Shown piece after piece: positions 39,401 to 48,672 of a stretch of DNA of 64,000 nucleotides; the first letter of the stretch is position 1, and the number at the start of each line of letters is the position of its first letter. Origin of the DNA: Pseudomonadota bacterium (lineage in GTDB: Bacteria; Bdellovibrionota_B; Oligoflexia; Oligoflexales; CAIMVM01); NCBI GenBank assembly GCA_037142195.1, contig JBAXBA010000002.1, forward strand, positions 1-64,000, in the 5' to 3' direction. The notes under the pieces were generated by a model. It was not told where the DNA came from. It made no database searches and worked only from the letters and a program-made list of their open reading frames with translations. Position numbers and translations under genes: made by a program.

Positions 39401-40582
39401 TTATCTCTCCCGAAGTGTGGAACTCAGAATACTAGAACATTTTTCTGGCAAAGACTGCAGCACATTCAAGGCAAAAGCCTCACCTATCGATAGGTGAGCA
39501 ACGCCTCGAATAATCGATAAAGGTTGAGATTTGACCGAAAGCTGCCAAAGGTTGGTTACCGCCAACTTGCTACCAAAATATTGCAATGATTTATGGGACT
39601 CTGCACGGGCATATTTACATTCTATCAGATCGAGTACTAAGCCATTTCGAACGACAGCAAAGTCAACTTCACGCTTTTCCTTATCTCGAATGTAACAAAG
39701 CTCATATCGAAATCCATCTCGATCAGACAAAAATTGCAGACGTTTTAGGAGCGCACAGGCCAAAAGATTTTCTGAACGCGAACCAAGATCATCTACTCCA
39801 TCTGCAACATCAAAGAAGTAAATTTTAGATTGCTTCTGTAAGGATCGAGAAATTTTATTTGAAAAAGGATAGACTCGAAATATAATATACATCCGCTCCA
39901 AGACTTCTATCCAATGCTGAATCGTCTTATGGCTGACTTGAATCTCTTCAGCTAAATTATTGATCGAAATGGGACTTCCTACTCGCTCTCGAAGAAGTTC
40001 CAAAAGTAAATTGAGCCTTGAGATATCACGAACAGCTTCTAAGTCCCTAATGTCTTCCTTAATAACTTTTTCTGACCTTTCTAGTCGCCAGCGACGTGCC
40101 TCCCTTTCGTCATTTTGAAGGAATGGCTCAGGAAATCCTCCTAATAACATGATTCTTTCCACAACTTCTTGGGGAGAAAGTTTATCCACAATCTCATCTG
40201 GGGTAATGGGATGAAGACGCCAATGATGATAACGCCCCATTAAAGAGTCGCCACCCCGACGGTAGACATCTAAACGAGCGCTGCCAGTGACAAGAAAATT
40301 CTGATGGGCAAGGCGTGTGTCGAATAGCCCTTTAACTTTGTTTTTCCAGTTTCGAAATTTGTGAATTTCATCAAATACGATAAGATTAGCAGATTCATCA
40401 ATCTCTTCCTTAAGAATAGCTCGCTTTCCAGGAGTACTATCCCAATTGAGGTAGAGGCTAGTGGGGTAAAAGGCCATGATCTGCTTTGCCAGTGTGGTCT
40501 TGCCACACTGCCTAGGACCAGAAAGAAAGACCATTTTCTTTTGCAAATCTTTTGTAATCTCTTTTTCTAGGTACCTTTTCAT
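39401..40582 (-). CDS. AAA_14 + DUF4143 ATPase
   Basis: GPRQCGKT, VFDEIHK, VTGSARLD, GGFPEP, KIYFFD, EVDF...IECK. Confidence 0.9.
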   Translation of the reverse strand: MKRYLEKEITKDLQKKMVFLSGPRQCGKTTLAKQIMAFYPTSLYLNWDSTPGKRAILKEEIDESANLIVFDEIHKFRNWKNKVKGLFDTRLAHQNFLVTGSARLDVYRRGGDSLMGRYHHWRLHPITPDEIVDKLSPQEVVERIMLLGGFPEPFLQNDEREARRWRLERSEKVIKEDIRDLEAVRDISRLNLLLELLRERVGSPISINNLAEEIQVSHKTIQHWIEVLERMYIIFRVYPFSNKISRSLQKQSKIYFFDVADGVDDLGSRSENLLACALLKRLQFLSDRDGFRYELCYIRDKEKREVDFAVVRNGLVLDLIECKYARAESHKSLQYFGSKLAVTNLWQLSVKSQPLSIIRGVAHLSIGEAFALNVLQSLPEKCSSILSSTLRER

Positions 40583-40608
40583 GGTGAAATGCCCTCACTT
40601 AGGAGTTT

Positions 40609-40670
40609 GCCTATTTTACACCGTACTCCAAAAAAGTCGCGACTTTTTTGGAGTACGGTGTAAAATAGGC
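40609..40670. repeat. perfect 62-bp palindrome upstream of the AAA gene
   Basis: GCCTATTTTACACCGTACTCCAAAAAAGTCG|CGACTTTTTTGGAGTACGGTGTAAAATAGGC, no spacer. Confidence 0.95.
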
Positions 40671-40975
40671 TGATTTTGCCTTAACTCACTTTAAATAATG
40701 AGCTTTTTGACCTAGGTAACAACTCAAACTCCCAAAAAAATACCGCTAGGCTAAGGGGGCAGCATCCGAAAAAACTCGGTTTTCGGGGATGGGGCCCGGC
40801 CTTACTGAAGAAAGCCCAAGTAAAACCCCGGGCTGAAATTATGTTTTGGTCGAGGACATCGGCGTAAGCATCACGCAGCCATTCAAAGTCTTCGATTTCA
40901 TCCGAGCCTCTGCTCCCCTTTTTTCTACGAACCATTTTGCTCCTAATGTCAAATACAAGACCTTACCGAAATTCA

Positions 40976-41266
40976 TTAAGACGACTTTTTCTTTGGGCTG
41001 CTTGATTTGACATGATCCAAAAGCACCATCCGAAGATACGGCTGGTAACCTAGTCCCTTCTCGCCAGCTAAACTTTTGAGCTGGGCGATAAGCTGCTTCG
41101 GTAATCGTACGGATATCACTTGAAGGCCCATGGCCTCATCCATTTCTAGTTCACTTTCGGAATTTATGGGTTTAGCGTGTTGAGCGTCCGCACCTAGCTC
41201 CCGCGACTCCCACTTCTCCACATCGTGGAGATTGTCAGGTTTGGTATCCCGGGAAATTCGTCGCAT
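40976..41266 (-). CDS. CopG/BrnA-type antitoxin
   Basis: WESRELGAD...LQVISVRLPKQLIAQLK...GLGYQPYLRMVL RHH C-terminus. Confidence 0.85.
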   Translation of the reverse strand: MRRISRDTKPDNLHDVEKWESRELGADAQHAKPINSESELEMDEAMGLQVISVRLPKQLIAQLKSLAGEKGLGYQPYLRMVLLDHVKSSSPKKKSS

Positions 41267-41537
41267 AAATCTTCTCCTCTTGCATGTTAGGCTCATAAGC
41301 TGTCTTTAAGACAAACTGTTTGAACTTCTTGTCGAACAAAAAAACCACTTTAAGTTTTCGACCAGAGTCCGTTTCTGCAATGAACCACCGCGTCGGCGGG
41401 AAGGTTCGATTCTCCGCACGGTCATCAATTAGGCTGCCATATAGTTTATTCTGAAAGCATTCCAGAACCTCACCAGGCATAACTCCATGCTTTTTTTGCA
41501 GCTTTTTCTAGGCTGTGGGATCGATATGGAGATTCAT
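41235..41537 (-). pseudogene. BrnT/DUF4258-like toxin interrupted by TAG at codon 10
   Basis: ATG 41537: MNLHIDPTA-TAG(41510-41508)-KKLQKKHGVMPGEVLECFQN...PPTRWFIAETDSGRKLKVVF...KTAYEPN. Confidence 0.78.
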
Positions 41538-41731
41538 ACGCGACCCCTATTCCACTTGTAATACAAGAGAAATATATAAGCAATACAATGTATATTTGAA
41601 GAACCGGTCAAAATATTAGCGATATTTCATATCCTATTGATTTTAATCATTTTTTGTAAATCCCCAGAGGGTAAGTGATAAGAAAAATTACTGCTTTATT
41701 AAAAAATTGAATGCCTCTCTATGCTGGTACC

Positions 41732-42410
41732 AAAACCCATTCCTTCTATAATTTGGATCCAAATTCGAAGTCTTCGCACTCCGGGGGGTAGTCTATAGCA
41801 CCCATGATTTTTGAGAGCTTTACAACCTTCCATTTTGTATCCCAAATACAGCCATTGCAAAAACAAGTAAAATATTTATGGCGGCATGGCACTTGTAGGA
41901 ATCACGTGAAAATCCACATCCCTAAGTTTTGATGATTTTTTTAGTCATGAGTGGCCCCATCAAGACTCCTCCAACATCACACGCTCGAAAGTTACTATTT
42001 TGGCCGAACGTCCTCTCGCCCTCTCCGCTCGGTGCTGATTTATCTCGGTCAAGCTCTTCCAGTCCCTCTCCTTGGACTCGCGCGTATCATGGGGGAACAA
42101 CCATTCGGGTAGCGATTGGCAACCGCAAGTTCCCACAATCATCAAAAGATGAACCACCATCAAATGTCCTTCCATCTGATTCATGAAAGAGTTCGCTCCC
42201 CCCTTGGAATCACTCCACCCATCAGAGCAAAACCTGAAAACCTCCATCCATTACCAGAGCTACAGCTTTCAAAGGACTTGGCTCTTTTTTTGGAGTTTGA
42301 TTTCATAATCGACAGTGTCAGCTAGAGGGCATATAGTGGCCTTAAGTTCTGGGGTGTCATGGAAGTGGTCCGTCAGAGCTGGCTTAGGATCTAGAAAAAG
42401 AGGAGGACAT
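41732..42410 (+). repeat. most complete copy of repeat R (upstream of the yeeE operon)
   Basis: Contains, in order, nearly all sub-blocks found in the five other copies. Confidence 0.85.
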
Positions 42411-42821
42411 ATGCCTTTTGGATCAGAAATTTTAGGCGGTATTTTAGTTGGCCTTGGCATGGCTATAACGCTCTTATATGAAAGTCAGATTTCAGGAGCG
42501 TCGGGCTATGCAGCGGCGAGCTTAAGACCAAGTCCTACCGGAAGAGCGGAGCTCTATTTTGTCGCAGGTCTCGTTTTGGCAGGGCTGATTTGGCGGTTTG
42601 CGGGAGGTCATCTGAGTGATGCTGATGAGAGTCATCTCGGACTTCCAGCCTGGATTCTAGCTGGGCTATTGGTGGGCTTTGGAGCCCGCTTAGGAGGAGG
42701 CTGCACCAGCGGACACGGTGTCTGTGGACTTGGCCGGCTTTCTCACCGCTCCCTAGCAGCTGTACTTATTTTTATGGCCTTCGCTTTTTTAACGGCAGCC
42801 GTCATGAGGATTTATTTATGA
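42411..42821 (+). CDS. YeeE/YedE family sulfur transport membrane protein
   Basis: AGLLVGFGARLGGGCTSGHGVCG motif; SD GAGGAGG. Confidence 0.92.
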   Translation: MPFGSEILGGILVGLGMAITLLYESQISGASGYAAASLRPSPTGRAELYFVAGLVLAGLIWRFAGGHLSDADESHLGLPAWILAGLLVGFGARLGGGCTSGHGVCGLGRLSHRSLAAVLIFMAFAFLTAAVMRIYL

Positions 42822-43225
42822 GACAAGGCGTCTATTTAGCTTCTGGTCTTATTTTTGGTTTAGGACTCGCCATCTCCCAGATGGTCGATCCTCTCAAGGT
42901 AAAAAGTTTTTTAGCATTAGGGACTCCCGACTGGAACCCAGCTCTGATGTTTGTTTTAGGATCCGCGGCACCTACCTATTACCTGGCTTTTTTATACTTA
43001 AACCGGCGCCAGAAATCGTTTGACGGGAAACCCTTTCCTCATCCGACTCCTAGGCCCATCGATAAAAAACTTGTGGCGGGTTCGGTGCTGTTTGGGATCG
43101 GTTGGGGGATAGCAGGGGTTTGTCCTGGACCAGCTCTTTTTCACTTAGCTTACCTGGATGAGCAGTTTTTTCTCTTTATCGTCATGATGGTTCTAGGCTT
43201 CGAACTTCAAAGGAAACTCATTTGA
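42818..43225 (+). CDS. YeeE/YedE family partner membrane protein
   Basis: FGLGLAISQMVDP.KV, WNPALMFV, FGIGWGIAGVCPGPA. Confidence 0.9.
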   Translation: MRQGVYLASGLIFGLGLAISQMVDPLKVKSFLALGTPDWNPALMFVLGSAAPTYYLAFLYLNRRQKSFDGKPFPHPTPRPIDKKLVAGSVLFGIGWGIAGVCPGPALFHLAYLDEQFFLFIVMMVLGFELQRKLI

Positions 43226-44031
43226 CTCTAGAAACCTTAGGATATTTAGCCTCCCTGGTGATGGGACTTGTTCTTGGACTCACAGGCGGGGGCGGGTCTC
43301 TGCTGGCCCTCCCTATTTTGGTCTATCTCTTTGGGATCAGTGCCCTCGATGCTACGAGTTATTCTTTAGGGATCATTGGGATCATTAGTCTTTGGGGAGC
43401 GTTGGGAGCCTATAGAAACGGTGACTTAAAACTAGGCCATGCCCTCTTTTTTGGAATTCCAGGAATCATGGGGGTTCTTCTTTCAAGAAGAATTCTTTTA
43501 CCCGCGGTTCCAGCTCAAATCCACTTTTTGAGTTCCGTGATTTCCAAAGACTCCCTACTCTTGATTTCCTTCGCACTTTTAATGCTTTTTACCTCTCTTT
43601 CCATGCTGAAATCTCTTGCTCAAAAAAGAAACTTTACCCCTCCTCCTAGTACCCATCCGGTTGCCATGGGCTACCTGGTGGTTCTAGGTCTTGGTGTCGG
43701 GATGCTTTCTGGATTTGTAGGAGCAGGGGGAGGGTTTTTAATCGTTCCTGCCCTTCTCTCCCTTGGCAAGCTGGACATGAAACAGACGGTCGGAACCTCT
43801 CTTCTGATTATCGGCATGCAATCTAGTTTTGGGGTTCTGAGCGATCTTCATCGCTTAGACGTCTTAGACTTAAAACTCTTTTTAGCGATTGTGTCTTTAG
43901 CAAGCATCGGCATGAGTATAGGGAGCAGGGCCAGGTCTTTTATCTCAGATAGCAAATTGAAGTTTGGATTTGCGGTGCTGGTGCTGGTTTTAGCGGTGGG
44001 GATACTTTGGGATCAGGTGGGGCGGGTTTAA
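43222..44031 (+). CDS. TauE/SafE family sulfite exporter
   Basis: GLTGGGGSLLALPILVY and GFVGAGGGFLIVPAL repeats. Confidence 0.92.
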   Translation: MTLETLGYLASLVMGLVLGLTGGGGSLLALPILVYLFGISALDATSYSLGIIGIISLWGALGAYRNGDLKLGHALFFGIPGIMGVLLSRRILLPAVPAQIHFLSSVISKDSLLLISFALLMLFTSLSMLKSLAQKRNFTPPPSTHPVAMGYLVVLGLGVGMLSGFVGAGGGFLIVPALLSLGKLDMKQTVGTSLLIIGMQSSFGVLSDLHRLDVLDLKLFLAIVSLASIGMSIGSRARSFISDSKLKFGFAVLVLVLAVGILWDQVGRV

Positions 44032-45071
44032 GACAAATGAAATTTTAAAGTGCGGCGAATTGCTTCTTCCAATCCAATGTTACACTTTAACCCTAATTCA
44101 TTGCGAGCTCTTGCAACATCTGGTAGATATCTAGAAGGATTGGCACCTGGAATTTCTTTGCCAACTATGTCGACTTTGGGACTAAAAGACCCAGAAAAAA
44201 AATCTCTGGTATAGACTTGAGTGACTTTATTTGCGAAGTCTTTCATGGAAACAGGCTCATCATTTCCGACATTATATGCTTCACCAACTCGTCCATTTAG
44301 TAAAATAGTCCAGAGCCAAACAGCCAAGTCTGCCGCGTACAAATATCCTCTTAGGGCATTGCCATCTCCAGAAACGTTAATATCGCGACCACTTGAAACA
44401 TCTGCAATGAAGCTCTCTGCAGCAAACGCACCACCACCAGAAAGATATGGACCAATGAACGCAAAGCACCTTGCAACCTTAACTGGCAAACCATAAATAT
44501 CCTTGTAGATAGAGCCCAGTGTCTCAGCTAATCTCTTACTTTCACCGTAAATGCTTTTTGAGTTTAAAAAATCTGGACCTCCATAAAAAGCCTCTGGAAT
44601 TTTATCCATGTCCTGAGACTGAGTCCCGTAAACAGCACCTGAACTAACTAATAGGAATCCTTTTAATTTTTGATCTTTGACTAACTCAAGAATATTTTTA
44701 GTACCAAGTACTACCGTTTCAAATGTCTTTAAATGATTGTCTAAATTCCTATCTATGCCGACAGATGTTGCGGCATGAATAACATAATCTACTTTCGGGA
44801 TAGAACTTAAATGAACTACATTTTCATTGATGAATACAATATTTGAGCTGACAAACTCAGGAAAATTGTCAACAAATTGTTTTGAATTTCTAGCAACTAC
44901 GTAAACCTTAATTTCAGTCATATAAATCTTATTTAACAAAGATATAGACTGCAAAAGCCACTTTCCAAAAAAACCTGTGCCGCCAGTAATTAAAATCGAT
45001 ACACCCATGAGTCGATCTTTAAATGGCATCATTTTTTCTGACAAATAACTAACATCTTCATCAATTAACAT
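44028..45071 (-). CDS. NAD-dependent epimerase/dehydratase (nucleotide-sugar SDR)
   Basis: ITGGTGFFG, SSGAVYG, YGESK. Confidence 0.88.
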   Translation of the reverse strand: MLIDEDVSYLSEKMMPFKDRLMGVSILITGGTGFFGKWLLQSISLLNKIYMTEIKVYVVARNSKQFVDNFPEFVSSNIVFINENVVHLSSIPKVDYVIHAATSVGIDRNLDNHLKTFETVVLGTKNILELVKDQKLKGFLLVSSGAVYGTQSQDMDKIPEAFYGGPDFLNSKSIYGESKRLAETLGSIYKDIYGLPVKVARCFAFIGPYLSGGGAFAAESFIADVSSGRDINVSGDGNALRGYLYAADLAVWLWTILLNGRVGEAYNVGNDEPVSMKDFANKVTQVYTRDFFSGSFSPKVDIVGKEIPGANPSRYLPDVARARNELGLKCNIGLEEAIRRTLKFHLS

Positions 45072-45098
45072 TTATAGCTCTTAATCGTTGGCTGTTAA

Positions 45099-46013
45099 CT
45101 AGCTTTCAAGAAAAGAAAGTATTCGAGTTTTTACAGAGCCAACATCCAATTTATGCTCCAAAATAGCATAATCATAACTACCGCAGCTCTCAGTAAATCG
45201 ATTGTTTATTCCTATTCGTAATAGACGAGACGAAACAATTGCGGACTCAGCTACCATTTCTGCGACTATAGACCCAATGCCCCCATTGACCGAATGCTCT
45301 TCTAAGGTAACTACAGTTTTTGCAGAACCCAAAATCGTCAATAGTTCGTGCCTATCAAAAGTCGATAAAGAAAATAATGAAATGACAAGCGCATCAATGT
45401 CCTTCGAAACTTCAAGGGCAGTGCTCACCATAGAGCCTGTCGCTATAAAACAAACACTAGACTTTGAAGAATTTACCTTACTAAATCCCCTAGTCATGTC
45501 CACGTCTTGTGGCCCCTTATGAATGGAGGGTTTATCGCTCTTTCCAATTCTTATATAAGAAGCATTTCTTGAATTAGCCGCTGCTTTCAAGCACAAGTCC
45601 ATTTCAAACTTATCAGCTGGGCTATAAATATCTAAATTTGCTAAGCTTCTTAACATGGATATATCTTCGGCGCACTGATGACTAGCACCTAACGTGTTAT
45701 ATACAAGCCCTGCCCCGTCACCTAACATGATAACGGGCAGATGGTCATAACAAATATCCATTTTAATAAACTCGAATACTCGAGTCGGCAAAAAAGCAGA
45801 TAAGCCATAAACGACTACCTTAAAGCCATTTTTGGAAAGCCCTGCAGCATATCCGATCATTGCTTGTTCGCATACGCCCACGTTTATAAATTTAGACGGT
45901 GATTCGCTTCTAAGCCCGTCAAAAAGCGCATAGCCATGATCTCCAGACAAAACGACAAAATCCTCGATGGTAGCCGCCTGTTCAATCAAGAAATTAGATA
46001 GGACTTGTCTCAT
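45099..46013 (-). CDS. transketolase-like C-terminal subunit
   Basis: FINVGVCEQAMIG, GASHQ, LEEHSVNGGIGS. Confidence 0.9.
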   Translation of the reverse strand: MRQVLSNFLIEQAATIEDFVVLSGDHGYALFDGLRSESPSKFINVGVCEQAMIGYAAGLSKNGFKVVVYGLSAFLPTRVFEFIKMDICYDHLPVIMLGDGAGLVYNTLGASHQCAEDISMLRSLANLDIYSPADKFEMDLCLKAAANSRNASYIRIGKSDKPSIHKGPQDVDMTRGFSKVNSSKSSVCFIATGSMVSTALEVSKDIDALVISLFSLSTFDRHELLTILGSAKTVVTLEEHSVNGGIGSIVAEMVAESAIVSSRLLRIGINNRFTESCGSYDYAILEHKLDVGSVKTRILSFLES

Positions 46014-46822
46014 GGTTCAAGCTCGCTCAAACTTCTTTCCAAAGTTTCTTTGTCTAATCTTGAATAATGCCAAACGTTGTTGCTCTCCATAAAACTTATA
46101 CCTTTACCTTTAACAGTTCTTGCAACCAGCGCCTTAGGAGTCTGTAATTTACTGGACAATAAGAAATTCAGCGTTTCTTCTATTGATGACTCGCTATGCC
46201 CATCTACTTCGCAGCACTCAAATCCAAAGGCTTCAAATTTTGCTTTTAACGGCTCTAGGTTTAGAACATCCTCAGACCTGCCCATAGCTTGGTAGCTGTT
46301 TGCATCAACAATTACGACCAAATTTCTAAGGGAATGATGGGCGGCAAAAAGAAAACATTCCCAGGCGCTTCCTTCATTGATTTCTCCGTCGCCAACAATC
46401 ACAAATACGTTTCTTGTCCTAGAGCCCCTCAACTTATCAGCAAGCGCTATTCCAGTGGCCACTGTTATACCATGACCTAGTGAACCTCCGGATACTTCAA
46501 TTCCTGGACAATGGACCGAAGATAGTCCTTTAAGTTTGGACCCATCTTGAAAGTAGGACTCTATCTCTTCAGAAGAGACAATGCCTTTTTGAAAGAGCGC
46601 TGCATAGCAAGCCATAACTCCGTGGCCTTTGCTCAAAGCTAAAATATCGCGATCATTAGATTTTAAATTGTCCTTATCAATTCGGATGAACTTAGAATAC
46701 AAAACCGCAACCAACTCTACCAAAGAGAAGGCACAACCTATATGAACAGAGCTCCCTGAATAGGCCATCTTTAGTATGGTTTTACGCATCAAAATTGGGT
46801 CTATTCTTGTTTTATCTTTCAT
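46010..46822 (-). CDS. transketolase-like N-terminal (TPP-binding) subunit
   Basis: LSKGH, GSLGHG, GDGEINEG...N, TVKGKG. Confidence 0.9.
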   Translation of the reverse strand: MKDKTRIDPILMRKTILKMAYSGSSVHIGCAFSLVELVAVLYSKFIRIDKDNLKSNDRDILALSKGHGVMACYAALFQKGIVSSEEIESYFQDGSKLKGLSSVHCPGIEVSGGSLGHGITVATGIALADKLRGSRTRNVFVIVGDGEINEGSAWECFLFAAHHSLRNLVVIVDANSYQAMGRSEDVLNLEPLKAKFEAFGFECCEVDGHSESSIEETLNFLLSSKLQTPKALVARTVKGKGISFMESNNVWHYSRLDKETLERSLSELEP

Positions 46823-46828
46823 ATTTTT

Positions 46829-47905
46829 TCAATTTTCCTTGGTAACTTTAATAAACCTTTGGATCTGATCCAATGTAAAGGCTCGGGAGTTCCGATGATT
46901 ATTTTGGGTTTCAAGATACCACTTCGCTGTCCAATTCAATGCATCATTAAGATTTAAGGACGGATTCCATCCTAGTTGGTACCTCGCTTTAGATATATCT
47001 AACTTAAGCAACTCGGCCTCATGAAATGAGAGCGAGGAACCGAATGTCACTGAAGAAGATTTATTAAGAATCTCTTGAAAGGTCTCAACTACATATTTAA
47101 CCGAAGTACAATCTTGATCGTTAGGGCCAAAATTCCAGCCTTCAGCAAACTTCTGTCCTCCCTCTTTAAAGAGGGACTCTGCCAACATCAAATAACCCGA
47201 CAATGGCTCTAAAACATGCTGCCATGGCCTGACCGCATTTGGATTTCTAATCTCAAGCGGATTTCGCTCAAACGTTGAGCGAACCAAATCAGGGATCAAC
47301 CTATCTTCCGCATAGTCCCCGCCGCCAATCACATTACCTGCCCTTGCAGTCGCAATATGAGTGGAGTTTTTATCTGAAAAAAAGGACTTTCTGTAAGAGC
47401 TAGTAATCAATTCAGCGCAGCCTTTAGAACACGAATATGGATCGAAGCCTCCCATGGGTTCATTCTCTCGGTAACCCCAGGGCCACTCCTTATTTTCATA
47501 GCATTTATCCGATGTTACTACGACTGCCGCTTTGGATTCAGGACAAGCCCTTAGGGCTTCAAGAAAATTAACGGTTCCCATCAAATTTGTAGAATAAGTT
47601 TCAACAGGGTCTTTATAGGAATGTCTGACTAGAGGTTGGGCTGCCAGGTGGAAAACAATTTCTGGTTCCGCGGTTTTCATTCTAGACTTTAGTAATGGCA
47701 GGTCTCTTATGTCACCTTCTATGTGAGTTATACCTGCTGAAACATCTGCCAATTGAAATAAGCTTGGGCTTGTTGGTGGAGCTAAAGAAAATCCTGTGAC
47801 ATGAGCTCCCATCTCTTTAAGCCATAAAGTCAGCCAACTTCCCTTGAACCCAGTATGCCCCGTAAGGAATACCCTTTTTCCTTTCCAGAAACTCTGAGTT
47901 ACCAT
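46829..47905 (-). CDS. rfbG: CDP-glucose 4,6-dehydratase
   Basis: FWKGKRVFLTGHTGFKGSWL, HLAAQPLVR, TSDKCYEN, RPWQHVLEPL. Confidence 0.95.
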   Translation of the reverse strand: MVTQSFWKGKRVFLTGHTGFKGSWLTLWLKEMGAHVTGFSLAPPTSPSLFQLADVSAGITHIEGDIRDLPLLKSRMKTAEPEIVFHLAAQPLVRHSYKDPVETYSTNLMGTVNFLEALRACPESKAAVVVTSDKCYENKEWPWGYRENEPMGGFDPYSCSKGCAELITSSYRKSFFSDKNSTHIATARAGNVIGGGDYAEDRLIPDLVRSTFERNPLEIRNPNAVRPWQHVLEPLSGYLMLAESLFKEGGQKFAEGWNFGPNDQDCTSVKYVVETFQEILNKSSSVTFGSSLSFHEAELLKLDISKARYQLGWNPSLNLNDALNWTAKWYLETQNNHRNSRAFTLDQIQRFIKVTKEN

Positions 47906-47907
47906 AT

Positions 47908-48672
47908 TTAGTCCTTCCACTTTGCATTGCCGCTGGTCCAGAGGTCTTCAAGATAGTTCTTATCCCTCAAGGTATCCATGGGTTGCCAAAATCCATAATG
48001 CTTAAATGCATTCAGCTGTTTGTCTTTTGCAAGTTTCTCTAAAGGCTCTCGTTCCCAAATGGAGTCATCCCCAGATATCAATTCGATTACCTTTGGATTT
48101 AGAACAAAAAAACCACCATTAATCCAAGCACCATCCCCTTTAGGTTTTTCCGCAAAGCTTGTAATGCTATCGCGATCTAAATCTAGAGCACCAAAACGCC
48201 CAGGAGGCTGCACTGCCGTTAAAGTCGCCATTTTTCCAGAAGATTTATGAAATTCAATGAGCTTAGCAATATTTACGTCAGATAGCCCATCGCCATAAGT
48301 TAAGCAAAAATCTTTTTCGCCCAGATACTTAGCAATTCGTTTTAGACGGCCGCCGGTCATCGTATCTGCACCGGTGTCTACAACAGTAACTTTCCAAGGT
48401 TCACTAAAATTTTCGTGTACCTCTCTTTGATTGTTAGCAAAGTCAAAGGTCACGTCAGAGTTATGTAGAAAATAATTGGCAAAGTATTCTTTAATCATAT
48501 ACTGCTTATAACCGCAGCAGATAATAAATTCATTGATTCCATGTTTTGAATATAACTTCATGATGTGAAGCAGTATCGGCTTTCCACCAATTTCAATCAT
48601 GGGTTTAGGTTTAACTCCCGATTCTTCGCTGATTCGAGTGCCGAGGCCCCCAGCTAAGATGACACATTTCAT
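47908..48672 (-). CDS. rfbF: glucose-1-phosphate cytidylyltransferase
   Basis: [39 protein letters not shown]. Confidence 0.95.
   Translation of the reverse strand: MKCVILAGGLGTRISEESGVKPKPMIEIGGKPILLHIMKLYSKHGINEFIICCGYKQYMIKEYFANYFLHNSDVTFDFANNQREVHENFSEPWKVTVVDTGADTMTGGRLKRIAKYLGEKDFCLTYGDGLSDVNIAKLIEFHKSSGKMATLTAVQPPGRFGALDLDRDSITSFAEKPKGDGAWINGGFFVLNPKVIELISGDDSIWEREPLEKLAKDKQLNAFKHYGFWQPMDTLRDKNYLEDLWTSGNAKWKD

Noticed and set aside
40609..40670. Palindrome as a protelomerase (telRL) site
   Set aside because: The size is similar, but no protelomerase or phage/linear-replicon genes are present; its position fits an operator better.
17067..41537. Genome-wide TAG recoding
   Set aside because: TAG is the normal terminator of intact genes here (e.g. 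doc at 8153, transketolase C subunit at 45099), and long genes have no internal TAGs.
41929..42460. Short ORFs within repeat R (also 5694, 5764, 16155, 16427)
   Set aside because: The frames are not preserved between repeat copies and show no recognisable domain.
5788..42703. Repeat R as integron attC sites or a MITE
   Set aside because: The copies are long and variably deleted. I found no RYYYAAC...GTTRRRY palindromic structure, terminal inverted repeats or target duplications, and there is no intI in the window.
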